A DNA stretch of 64,000 bases, taken from NCBI GenBank assembly GCA_038087875.1, contig CM075979.1:47492001-47556000 (forward strand), written 5' to 3'. Every line of letters starts with the position of its first letter. Position 1 is the stretch's first letter. Below are positions 53,446 to 64,000 of the stretch, one piece after another. The notes under the pieces are model-generated. The model saw nothing but the letters and a program-made list of their open reading frames with translations, was not told where the DNA came from and did not search any database. The DNA is from Malacoraja senta. Its lineage: Eukaryota. Made by a program: the position numbers and the translations under genes.

Positions 53446-53769
53446 TGCCTGGTTTTGTCGAGTTCCTCGAGCAATTTGTCAACTGCGGCATGTTGGTTGA
53501 GGGAAATCCAAAACCACATGTACCACTTTTATGTTTGGCATGTTGCCTTTTGAATATTTGCCAATGTACAACCAAATAGTTTGAGGAAATTCCAACTAGC
53601 GGCTAGTACTCCCTCACAGCACCTATGATGAGCTTCTCTCCGAATTAGGAATGTTGTGCACATGAGTCATCCATTGCCTTTGTTACATGCAGAATCGCAT
53701 TCCCATCTTGCCTCCCTTTCTTTAGCCTTTGTAAATGTGATGTCATACAAAACATTGCTGCACCAGATG

Positions 53770-54300
53770 CATCATCGAAAGCATGTTAACAGGATGCATC
53801 ACAGCTTGGTTTGGGAACAGCTCCATTGCAAGACTGCAAGAAATTGCAGTGAATTGCGATGCAGCCAAGACCATCACACAAACCAACCTCCCTTCCATTG
53901 ACTGCATTTACACCTCACACTGCCTCAGCAAGGCCAGCAGCATCATCAAGGATGTGTCACACCCTGGCCGCTCCCTCTTCTCCCCTCTCCCATCAAAGGT
54001 ATAGAAGTGTGAAAACGCACACCTCCAGATTCGGGGACCATTTCTACCCAGCTGTTACCAGGCAACTGAATCATTCTACCACAACCAGAGAGCAGTGCTG
54101 AACTACTATCTACTTCTTTGATGACCCTCAGACTATACTTGATTGAACTATGCTGCCTTTAGCTTGCACTAAATGTTATTCCCTACATTTATACACTGTA
54201 AATGGATTGATTGTAAACATGTATTGTCTTCCTGCAGATTGATTAGCTTGCAACAAAACCTTTTCACTATACCTCGATACACGTGACAATAAACTAAACT
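53770..54300 (+). mobile_element. Rex1/Babar-like LINE 3' fragment
   Basis: LTGCITAWFGNSS...IIKDVSHPGRSLFSPLPS; aataaactaaact tail. Confidence 0.8.
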
Positions 54301-54301
54301 G

Positions 54302-54396
54302 AGGTCTGAGGAAGGGTCTCGAACCGAAACATCACCCATTCCTTCTCTCCAGAGATGCTGCCTGTCCTGCTGAGTTACTCCAGCTTTTTGTGTCTA
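54302..54396 (+). mobile_element. Penelope terminal fragment
   Basis: aggtctgaggaagggtctcgaaccgaaacatcaccc...; taaactga on both sides. Confidence 0.75.
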
Positions 54397-55264
54397 TAAA
54401 CTGAAATGGCCCTTATAACATGCCTTTGTTCGATTCACCCATTCCATCTGTGCTTTCTGGCCTATCTCCAGTCCTTTTAAGCAATGCTTTGATTTTAAAT
54501 TACACCCTCATCACCTCATCCCTCGATAACCTCCTCAAGCCCTATAACTGTCAGATACCTGCATTTCTCATATGTGGTGGAACTCAGCTTGTGTGATGTA
54601 ACGGAAATCTAAAGAGATTGTATATGGTGCTGTCTGTCCGAAGCACAAATTGAGGTGAGTTATGATACCAAGGTCACCACCATCGAACAGATCAGGTAAT
54701 ATCTGAGTTAACGTTGCATGTCCATGACTTTTTATTTTGTGTGCGAGTGATGGAGCCATAAATAGTGATTCCGATGAAAGGTCATTGACTCTGTTCCTTT
54801 CTCCATATATGCTGTCTGGTTTGCAGAGATTCCCCTGGCATTCTTTGGTTTTATTTCCGATTTCCAGGATTTACGGATTTTTTTTTTTGCTTTTGCAACG
54901 TCTAGCTGAGATCAAGTGGTTTGGAATTCAAGGCTATGGAGTGGGGTTTGTGAAGAGGATGGAAGATATTGAGATAAGTCTCCATAATGTTCGGTTGGTG
55001 GAAATTTCTGCTCATCCAGAACTGGACATCAGACAGTCTGACAGAATAGAGACAGAGGAGCAATTAACAGAGGTGATGGTACGTTTGAGTAGGGAGTTAT
55101 AAGTGAAAACTGATCTCATGATAATGATGTCAAAAAGTGTGTGGAAGAGCAGTGAAAGAGGGGCAATGTGGGAGAAGTTATTTCCATTAATCCCTGACCT
55201 ACAAATTTGTAGATCAGATTGTAATCAACACAATTGTGATCCAGTTACTGAATAACTATGGAGC

Positions 55265-56960
55265 AAGACACAAGTTGCTGGAGTAACTCAGGGGGTCAGG
55301 CAGCTCTCTGGAGAAAAGGAATAGGTGACATTTCGGGTTGAGATCTTTCTTCAGACTGAGAGTCGGGGAGAGGGAAACTAGAGGTATGAAAAGGTACAAA
55401 GAACAAATGAATGGAATGTATGAGAAGAACAAATCAGCCAGCACTGATGATCAAGGAAAGGTGGAGCCCACAATGGTCCATTGTTTGCTGTAGAGAAGGT
55501 GTAATGTGTGGATAAAAACAGTGAAACTAAGCAGGAAGACAGTGAAATGTGTAGGCTGAGTAGGGTGGAGGAGAGACGGAGAAAGAGGGAAAGCAAGGGT
55601 TACGAAGTTAGAAATATCAATATTCGCACCGCTGGGTTGTAAGAGGCCCATTTGGCCTCACTCTGACAATGGAGGAGGCCCAGGACAAAAAGGTCAATGT
55701 GGGAATGGGAGGGGGAGTTAGCAACCAAGAGATCGAGTAGGCCAAGGCAGACTGCGGTTGCGCGCTTGGCCTTGCCGATATATTGGAGTCCATGCATAGA
55801 ACAGTGGATGCAGTCGATGAGGTTGGAGGAGGTGCAAGTGAACCTCTGCCTCACCTGAAAGGACTGTTGGGGTCCTTGGACAGAGTCAAGGGAGGAGGTA
55901 TAGGACAGGTGTTTCATCTGGGGAAGGGGTGGTTTGGGTGTGAAGGAACGAGTTGACCTGGGAGTTGCGGAGGGAACGGTCTCTGTGGAATGCAGAAAGG
56001 GGTGGAGATTGGAAGATGTGACTAGTGGTGGAATCCCGTTGGAGGTTGCAAAGATGTCGGGGGAATTATGTGTTGTATACAACGGCTGATGGGGTGAAAG
56101 GCGAGGACTAGAGGGACTCTGTCCCGGTTGCGACTAAGGGGTGGGGGAGCTGCAGGATACTGAGGGGACCCTAGTGATGGCCTCCTCACTAATGATGGAT
56201 GAAGGGAAGCCCCGTTCCCTGACGAATGAGGGCATCTCAGATGTCCTGGTACAGTACACCTCATCTTGGGCGCAGATGCAGCATTGATGGAGGAATTGGA
56301 AGTATGGGATAGTCTTTGCAGGAGACCATAGAGGGAGTACAGAGAAGGTTCACCAGACTGATTCCTGGGATGGCAGGACTTTCATATGAAGAAAGACTGG
56401 ATAGACTCGGCTTGTACTCGCTAGAATTTAGAAGATTGAGGGGGGATCTTATAGAAATTTACAAAATTCTTAAGGGGTTGGACAGGCTAGATGCAGGAAG
56501 ATTATTCCCGATGTTGGGGAAGTCCAGAACAAGGGGTCACAGTTTAAGGATAAGGGGGAAGTCTTTTAGGACCGAGATGAGAAAAACATTTTTCACACAG
56601 AGAGTGGTGAATCTGTGGAATTCTCTGCCGCAGAATGTAGTTGACGCCAGTTCATTGGCTATATTTAAGAGGGAGTTAGACATGTCCCTTGTGGCTAAAG
56701 GGATCAGGGGTATGGAGAGAAGGCAGGTACAGGATACTGAGTTGGATGATCAGCCATGATCATATTGAATGGCGGTGCAGGCTCGAAGGGCCGAATGGCC
56801 TACTCCTGCACCTATTTTCTATGTTTCTATGTTTCTATGAGACGGGGTGGGAAGAAGTGTAGTCTAGATAGCTGGTGGAGTTGGTATGTTTTGTAATAGA
56901 TGTCAGTCGATTGTCTATCTCCTGTGATGGAGGTTGATAGTCTATCTTCTGTGATGAAGA
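55265..56960 (-). mobile_element. Penelope-like retroelement interrupted by a CR1
   Basis: Minus-strand GPQQSFQVRQRFTCTSSNLI..I.CS..GLQYIGKAKR and VPLVLAFHP; homologous to 17020-18095. Confidence 0.85.
56321..56838 (+). mobile_element. Young CR1 3' fragment nested in Penelope
   Basis: [43 protein letters not shown]...; (ttctatgt)n tail; gagac on both sides. Confidence 0.9.
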
Positions 56961-57239
56961 TTTGGAGAGATGTTGAAGGATAACATATCAAAGGTCAGCA
57001 AAAATGGGGAGATGTGGATTATTTTAGTCATATCCAGATAGGAGGACATTGTAGCATTGATTCACATCAGTGCAGAAATATAATTGAGGGATTAAATAAA
57101 CTGGATTGAGGCGGACATGATTTTGGGAGGCACTGTGGGCAGAGGTTGGAGATGGAATGGACAATGTCAAGAAAAATGAATTAAGGATTAAATTTTTAAC
57201 AAAAAGCTGATGACAATGGTTTTGATGGAGAGGAGGACT

Positions 57240-57578
57240 TTTTTTTTGAAGATGTAACTAGGAAAATGGACAAGGGACAGCCAGTGGCTGTAGTGTACCT
57301 GGACTTTCAGAAAGCATTTGATAAGGACCCACATAGGAGATTAGTGGGCAAAATTAGAGCACATGGTATTGGGGGTAGAGTGCCGACATGGATAGAACAG
57401 CGGTTGGCAGACAGGAAACAGCTGATAGGGCTCTTAAAAATAGCGGAGTCGGGGGATATGGGGAGAAGGCAGGAATGGGGTACTGATTGGGGATGATCAG
57501 CCATGATCACATTGAATGGCAGTGCTGGCTCGAAGGGACGAATGGCCTACTCCTGCACCTATTGTCTATTGTCTATTG
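57240..57578 (+). mobile_element. Internally deleted CR1 fragment
   Basis: VVYLDFQKAFDK joined directly to the 3'UTR. Confidence 0.8.
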
Positions 57579-57852
57579 ACTGTACTTTGGGAAATGCTGT
57601 AATCATATTTATTTGCATGGAAAGTTCTTCTTGTGAGACCAAGACAACAAAAAGAATAGGGCTGTTGCTGGAACCCTTCTCTCTGTGACCACAATAAACC
57701 TCGCTTTCTAGGAAAGGGCGATTGACATTCACTTAATTGTGAAGTGATGTGGCAGGTGGAGATTAAACTGCAGTTGCTCCATGGGTGCAGAGTTCTGTAC
57801 AAAATATTATTTGGATATTTCAATTCTGTGAATACAAGTATTATATTCCCTT

Positions 57853-58145
57853 CAAAGTGCTGGAGTAACTCAGCAGGTCAGGCAGCATCTCTGGAGATAA
57901 GGAACGGGTGACGTTTCGGGTTGAGACCCTTCATCAGAGAGACGGGGAGGGGGATACTAGAGGTAGGGGAAGGTACAGAACAAAGCAGAGCCTGCATCAA
58001 CGACTCCGGAAAGGTGGAGCCCACAATGGTCTATTGTTGTCTGGGGACGAGGTGATAACAAAGGGCTACAAACGGTGAAATATACAAGAGGACTGGGGTG
58101 GGGTCTATCGTTGGTGTAAACCAGCATCTGTAGTCCCTTCTTACA
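57853..58145 (-). mobile_element. Penelope 3' fragment with hammerhead core
   Basis: Reverse complement of 57906-57937 is ctgatgaagggtctcaacccgaaacgtcaccc. Confidence 0.75.
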
Positions 58146-58509
58146 AATGCTATTCCCTGCATGTGGGTCTCTGCAGTCAGCAGCTATTATAAATGTATTC
58201 CCTTAAATTTGATGTTTCTCGTGTTGATGGACTACAAACTTAATTGTATGGGATTAAAATAGGTGATTTCTTTTCTGCATTTAATTTCATTGGTGACAAT
58301 CAAAAGGTAGAATCCATTCCTAAAACGCCTATTGTAAGAAATCTTAAATATGCCTCCTGCACGTAACAAAAGTTTAAAATGCCGCAGTTCCCATTCACTT
58401 TGTTAGCTCCACTCTTTTTGGCGAAGCATTTAAATGGCACTAAAGAGATTACTTTAACATTCTGCCTTGTGTGCTCATTAACACAATATGGGCTGTAATG
58501 TGGGCTGTA

Positions 58510-59015
58510 CAGGTGCAGAGACCAGAGACCCGGGATTGATCCAGATCTCGGTTGCTGGCTGTGTGGAGTTTGCACATTCTCTGTGCACTGCGCAAGTTTC
58601 ATCCGGATGCTCCGCTTTCCTCACACATACCAAAGTCATGCAGGTTTGTAGATTAATAGGCCAATGTATAGGGAGTAGATGAGACAGTGGGATGATATAG
58701 AACTAAGGGTGGTGGGTGGATGGAACAAGCTGTCAGAGGAGGTAGTTGAGGCAGGGACTATCCCAACGTTTAAGAAAGTTAGACAGGTACATGGATAGGG
58801 TAAGTTTGGAGGGATATGACCAAACACGGGCAGGTGGGACTTGTGTAGCTGGGACATGTTGGCCAGTGTTGGGCCAGACAAGTTGGGCCGAAGGGCCTGT
58901 TTACACACTGTATCATGCTATGACTCTATAATTGTGTGAATGGGTGATCGTTGGTCAGCCTGAATTCGATGGGCCAAACGATCAGTTTTCCTGCTGTCTC
59001 TTTCAATCAATTCAA
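58510..59015 (+). mobile_element. V-SINE with nested CR1 3' fragment (~58708-58930)
   Basis: SINE body gtgtggagtttgcacattctc...ggtttgtagattaat, then CR1 ggaacaagctgtcagaggaggtag..., then the SINE tail resumes. Confidence 0.75.
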
Positions 59016-59346
59016 TGAGTTTGGTGGGTCAGTGGAGGGGAAGGAGTGCTATTGTGGTGATGGCAAATAAAAAATAACAGGCAAAAACATTCACTAAAAC
59101 ACTAGAGCAAAGGTGAACACTATCATTGATTTTGAGAATCAACTGTGAGGGCTGGAGAGATAATGCGCCTTGAAGATGCTGTGGCGGTATATAAATAAAG
59201 GTAATGTACGAAAAGTAGTAGGTCAATTAATCTTGAAGGAAAGTATCCAAAAATTATATGGAAACATGCTATTATACCACAAAGAATGTCTGCAAGCTTA
59301 AAGAACAAAGAAAGGTACTAATGAAAATGGAGCACATGGTTTTACA

Positions 59347-59532
59347 GGTAGACAAAAATGCTGGAGAAACTTAGCGGGTGAGGCAGCATCTATGGAGCGA
59401 AGGAAATAGGCAGCGTTTCAGCCCGAAACGTTGCCTATTTCCTTCGTTCCATAGATGCTGCCTCACGCACTGAGTTTCTCCAGCATTATTGTCTACCTTC
59501 GATTTTCCAGCATCTGCAGTTCCTTCTTAAAC
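59347..59532. mobile_element. Inverted pair of Penelope terminal repeats
   Basis: ggtagacaaaaatgctggagaaac...ggaaataggcagcgtttc / gaaacgttgcctatttcc...gtttctccagcattattgtctacc. Confidence 0.8.
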
Positions 59533-60593
59533 ATGGTTTTACAGATTGGGTTGTAAATACCGTGACATGGAAAATAATATACTGTATGTAGGTTTAGATT
59601 ATTCAATGCTGTATAACTCAATGTTCCCCGTTCATTTAAAGATCATATCGTCACATGAAGCAAAGGATGTAACCAATTGTGCTCAGTTTGCTAGTTCATA
59701 GATGATTAATACATACTAGGACTAATGAAAATTAAAATTTAGCTGGAAATGCTGCATGTATTTTTAAACCATGTAGTGTCTGAATTCCACATGTTATACA
59801 AACATCCTCGCCTAAACAACATGCATTTACATAAGTGTGTATTTATTAACAATAGAGCATACATTCACATACTCACCTGCCCTCTTTGCAGAATAGGGAG
59901 AACCCAGTGGTGCCCAGATACACAGCTACACCTACACAACCACTAGCAGTCTTGCACAGACCAGACAACATTGCAGTTGCACATATCTCTGTGAAATACA
60001 GTGATATTATTGTACAAAGCATAAAACAAGGCTTCAAAGAGAAAGAACTACTTATGTGTAAGGAGCTACCTGGTTCAGAAAAAAACAAAAGTTCAATGAG
60101 GGTAATGACTCCGTTTTCCAGGCCCAGTTCCCTCATCTTTACTATGGATGGTTCAGGCACTCTGCACCTCCATCCCCCACCTGGAAGGCCATAAAGCCCT
60201 CCATTTCTCTAATTGTAGAATAAGCCAATTATCCTCTACTGACACACTCCTCTGCCTTGACCAATTCTACAATGCTAGATCACAGATATGCGGAAACAAC
60301 ATGTTGCAATTATATTGCATATTATTTTAGTAACATGTTTCAAGCTGGTTCATTGAATGATATTTTGACAAAGAAAGGGACGTCAGGACATTTGGGGGTT
60401 AGTCAAAGATCTGAAAGAAGAATGGGGAGTGGGGAGGGAATTTTCCAGACGATCAATAGCAGAATGGTAAGATAGGAGGTTGGAGTTGGGCAGGAAATCA
60501 GAAAGGAAAGAATATGTAGTTCCCATTCGGTTGTAGAACTGGAAAGACAGATGTTCATGGGTTGGTGAGTAAGTTTGCTGACGACAGCAACAT

Positions 60594-62016
60594 TGAAAAC
60601 GGGGAATTACAGACCAGTTAGTCTAACATCGGTAGTGGGGAAACTGCTAGAGTCAGTTATCAAAGATGGGATAGCAGCACATTTGGAAAGTGGTGAAATC
60701 ATTGGACAAAGTCAGCATGGATTTACGAAAGGCAAATCGTGTCTGACGAATCTTATAGAATTTTTCGAGGATGTAACTAGTAGAGTGGATAGGGGAGAAC
60801 CAGTGGATGTGTTGTATCTGGACTTTCAGAAGGCTTTCGACAAGGTACCACATACGAGATTAGGATACAAACTTAAATCACATGGTATTGGGATTTAAGT
60901 ATTGATGTGGATAGAGAACTGGCTGGCAAACAGGAAGCAAAGAGTAGGAGTAAACGGGTCCTTTTCACAATGGCAGGCAGTGACTAGTGGGGTACCGCAA
61001 GGCTCAGTGCTGGGACCCCAGCTATTTACAATTTATATTAATGATCTGGACGAGGAAATTGAAAGCAACATCTCCAAGTTTGCGGATGACACTAAGCTGG
61101 GGGGCAGTGTTAGCTGTGAGGAGGATGCTAGGAGACTGCAAGGTGACTTGGATAGGCTGGGTGAGTGGGCAAATGTTTGGCAGATGCAGTATAATGTGGA
61201 TAAATGTGAGGTTATCCACTTTGGTGGCAAAAACGGGATGGCAGACTATTATCTAAATGGTGGCCGATTAGGAAATGGGGAGATGCAGCGAGACCTGGGT
61301 GTCATGGTACACCAGTCATTGAAAGTAGGCATGCAGGTGCAGCAGGCAGTGAAGAAAGCGAATGGTATGTTGGCCTTCATAGCAAGAGGATTTGAGTATA
61401 GGAGCAGGGAGGTTCTACTGCAGTTGTACAGGGTCTTGGTGAGACCACACCTGGAGTATTGCGTACAGTTTTGGTCTCCAAATCTGAGGAAGGACATTAT
61501 AGCCATAGAGGGAGTGCAGAGAAGGTTCACCAGACTGATTCCTGGGATGTCAGGACTTTCATATGAAGAAAGACTGGATAGACTTGGCTTATACTCGCTA
61601 GAATTTAGGAGATTGAGAGGAGATCTTATAGAAACGTACAAAATTCTTATGGGGTTGGACAGGCTAGATGCAGGAAGATTGTTCCCGATGTTGGGGAAGT
61701 CCAGGACAAGGGGTCACAGCTTAAGGATAAGGGGGAAATCCTTTAAGACCGAGATGAGGAAAAACTTTTTCACACAGAGAGTGGTGAATCTCTGGAACTC
61801 TCTGCCACAGAGGGTAGTTGAGGCCAGTTCATTGGCTATATTTAAGAGGGAGTTAGATGTGGCCCTTGTGGCTAAAGGGATCAGGGGGTATGGAGAGAAG
61901 GCAGGTACGGGATACTGAGTTGGATGATCACCCATGATCATATTGAATGGCGGTGCAGGCTCGAAGGGCCGAATGGCCTACTCCTGCACCTATTTTCTAT
62001 GTATCTATGTATCTAT
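60594..62016 (+). mobile_element. Young CR1-like LINE, 5'-truncated, RT ORF broken by one in-frame stop
   Basis: ORFs 60575-60898 and 60902-61918 in the same frame: NYRPVSLTS, LDFQKAFDKVPH, GVPQGSVLGP, FADDTKL, YCVQFWSP; (ctatgtat)n tail. Confidence 0.95.
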
Positions 62017-62188
62017 GAAGGTGTTGCAGACAGTGAGAAAAGGCTGTCAGAAAATACAGGGGGATATAGATCAAATGCAGAAATGGGTGGAGAAATGGCA
62101 GATTAAAGTTAATCTGAGCAAGTGTGAGCATTTGCATTCTGGGCAGTTGGAGAGTATACAGTTAATGGCAAGACCCTTAACTGCATTG

Positions 62189-62342
62189 TGTTTAAGAAGG
62201 AACTGCAGATGCTGGAAAATCGAAGGTACACAAAAATGCTGGAGAAACTCAGCGGGTGCAGCAGCATCTATGGAGCGAAGGAGATAGGCAACGTTTCGGG
62301 TCGAACCCCTTCTTCAGACTGCATTCTTCAGACCCTTCTTCT
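62189..62342 (-). mobile_element. Penelope terminal fragment with 17-bp target-site duplication, nested in an older CR1 (~62017-62640)
   Basis: gacccttaactgcattg at 62172-62188 and 62343-62359. Confidence 0.85.
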
Positions 62343-62756
62343 GACCCTTAACTGCATTGATTTGTAACGGGATCTTGGAGTCTAAGTTCATAACTCACTG
62401 AAGGTGGCAGCATAAGCAGATAGGGTGGTGGAGAAGGCATATGGTATGGTTTCCTCATTGCTAGGGGCATTGAATATAAGAGTCGGGAAGTCATTAATTA
62501 GCTTTATGACTGGTTAGACTATATTTGAAATATTGCGTACAGTTCTGGTTGCCCCATTACAGAAAGGACATGGAGGCTTGGGAGAAGGTTCAGAGGAGGT
62601 TTACGAGAATGCTAACTTGATTAGAGGGTTTCAGCTACATACTGGCTGGTGTGGGCAGTATGAAGCTATATTGATAATCCAACCATCTGTGCTGATACAC
62701 ATGTACCTTGCAGCTTCCTCATAGTTTGTGGTACAATGTCAATGTTCCAGACCTTC

Positions 62757-63080
62757 TTTGTAAATGTTGGGGGAGTCCAGAACCAGGGGTCGCAGTTAAA
62801 GAATAATTTGGGATGAGGGAAATGAGGGAAAACTTTTTCCCCCAGAGAGTTGTGAATCTGTGGAATTCTCTGCCACAGAAGGCAGTGGAGGCCAATTCAC
62901 TGGATGTTTTCAAGAGAGAGTTAGATTTAGCTCTTAGGGCTAACGGAATCAAGGGATATGGGGAGAGTGTAGGAAGGGGGTACTGATTTTGGATGATCAG
63001 CCATGATTATATTGAATGGCGGTGCTGGCTTGCAGGGCCGAATGGCCTACTCCTGCACCTATTTTTTATGTTTCTATGTT
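62757..63080 (+). mobile_element. CR1 3' end
   Basis: cagagagttgtgaatctgtggaattctctgccacagaaggcagtggaggcc...gcacctattttttatgtttctatg. Confidence 0.85.
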
Positions 63081-64000
63081 CCCTACTAGCAGTGATATCT
63101 TTAATACTTAATCCCAGTGTAAAATGTCCCTGGAGTTGTGAGTCAATATGCAGGTATATTTAAACATTGGTGTGTCCTGTTGCCACTTTAGTTTCTGGTA
63201 AAACATAAATCTAGTTAAATGAAATTAAATCCACATTTTGTTTAGGATTAGGATTGTTCCACAAATTCCTGCCTGGTGCTTTTCTTTTGTTTCTTAAAAT
63301 AACATTTGTTGAAGAAATAAGGTTATTGTGACAAAGGGTATTCTAAAAATATTTGCATGAAAATTGTGCAAAGCTTGAGCATTTCTGAACACACTGAAGA
63401 TTTATGAAAGAAGTTGACAATACCTAGTCTTCCTTGGGGAAATTTTACAAAGGCATTTGTTTACCTCTCGGGAAAAGGGAGCAAACTGGAAGTGGGATCC
63501 GAATGACATCTTGTTTACCAAACTGATGCTGAAGGTCTCTTTGCTGTCATATTGTGGCACACCTGTAAATAGATAAGTGATACATCTAGCGGAAACAGAT
63601 GCGATTGATTTTAAAGCTCTATGCTAGTATCTGACTGATGCAAAATCCTGATTGGCACGGGTGCCATACTACACTAAAACATTTTGATCAATCTAACTAG
63701 CTATCCTGAAAATAACAAATGATGACTGCTCAAAGCTCTGTCAGATAGAGTTTCTTAAAGAAATATTGAACACAGAATTACAAAGAAATACCCTTGGCCT
63801 CACTTAACTCTGTTCATGCTTTCTCCTCCATCACTTCTCTCCAAGTGTACACTGTTCTTGGCTTTGTCTTCGTACTCACAACCTAACTGGGTGCTGGCTT
63901 GATATAGAACTAGTTAGAACACAAGCATGGATTAACAAATTCCATTGGGATATTCCTGAGGTGTTAATAGATTGCCATTTTCTTCTTTCTGCTTTATTTT

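Noticed and set aside
60575-61918. Longest ORFs (107 and 338 aa) as a host gene
   Set aside because: They are CR1 reverse transcriptase, 5'-truncated with an in-frame stop; homologous fragments occur throughout the window.
50021-64000. Terminal exon 17 (IHVKEEP...)
   Set aside because: Not found; the window ends in a pyrimidine tract (63978-64000), so the exon probably follows outside.

Overview
This is vertebrate genomic DNA from a cartilaginous fish; the repeat families look like those of skates/rays (inference). The window lies entirely inside the FOXP2 gene on the + strand. Thirteen GT-AG coding exons, equivalent to human exons 4-16, join in frame and encode the Q-rich region, C2H2 zinc finger, leucine zipper, PLNLV CtBP motif and complete forkhead domain. 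The last exon is not in the window, which ends in a pyrimidine tract. Introns hold CR1, Rex1/Babar-like and Penelope-like retroelements, tRNA-derived SINEs, a Helitron and two MITEs. Five N-runs probably mask simple repeats, one of them the polyQ tract. The best finding is in intron 14 (~43489-43657): a frameshifted, splice-dead relic of the mutually exclusive alternative forkhead exon known from FOXP1 (ES-cell exon 18b), which FOXP2 is thought to have lost. Also notable are a probably near-mammalian-length polyQ tract, Thr at both human-specific sites (303 and 325), and many Penelope copies carrying minimal hammerhead-ribozyme motifs. Human FOXP1/FOXP2 and repeat-consensus sequences used for comparison are recalled from memory, not searched. 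Repeat boundaries are approximate.
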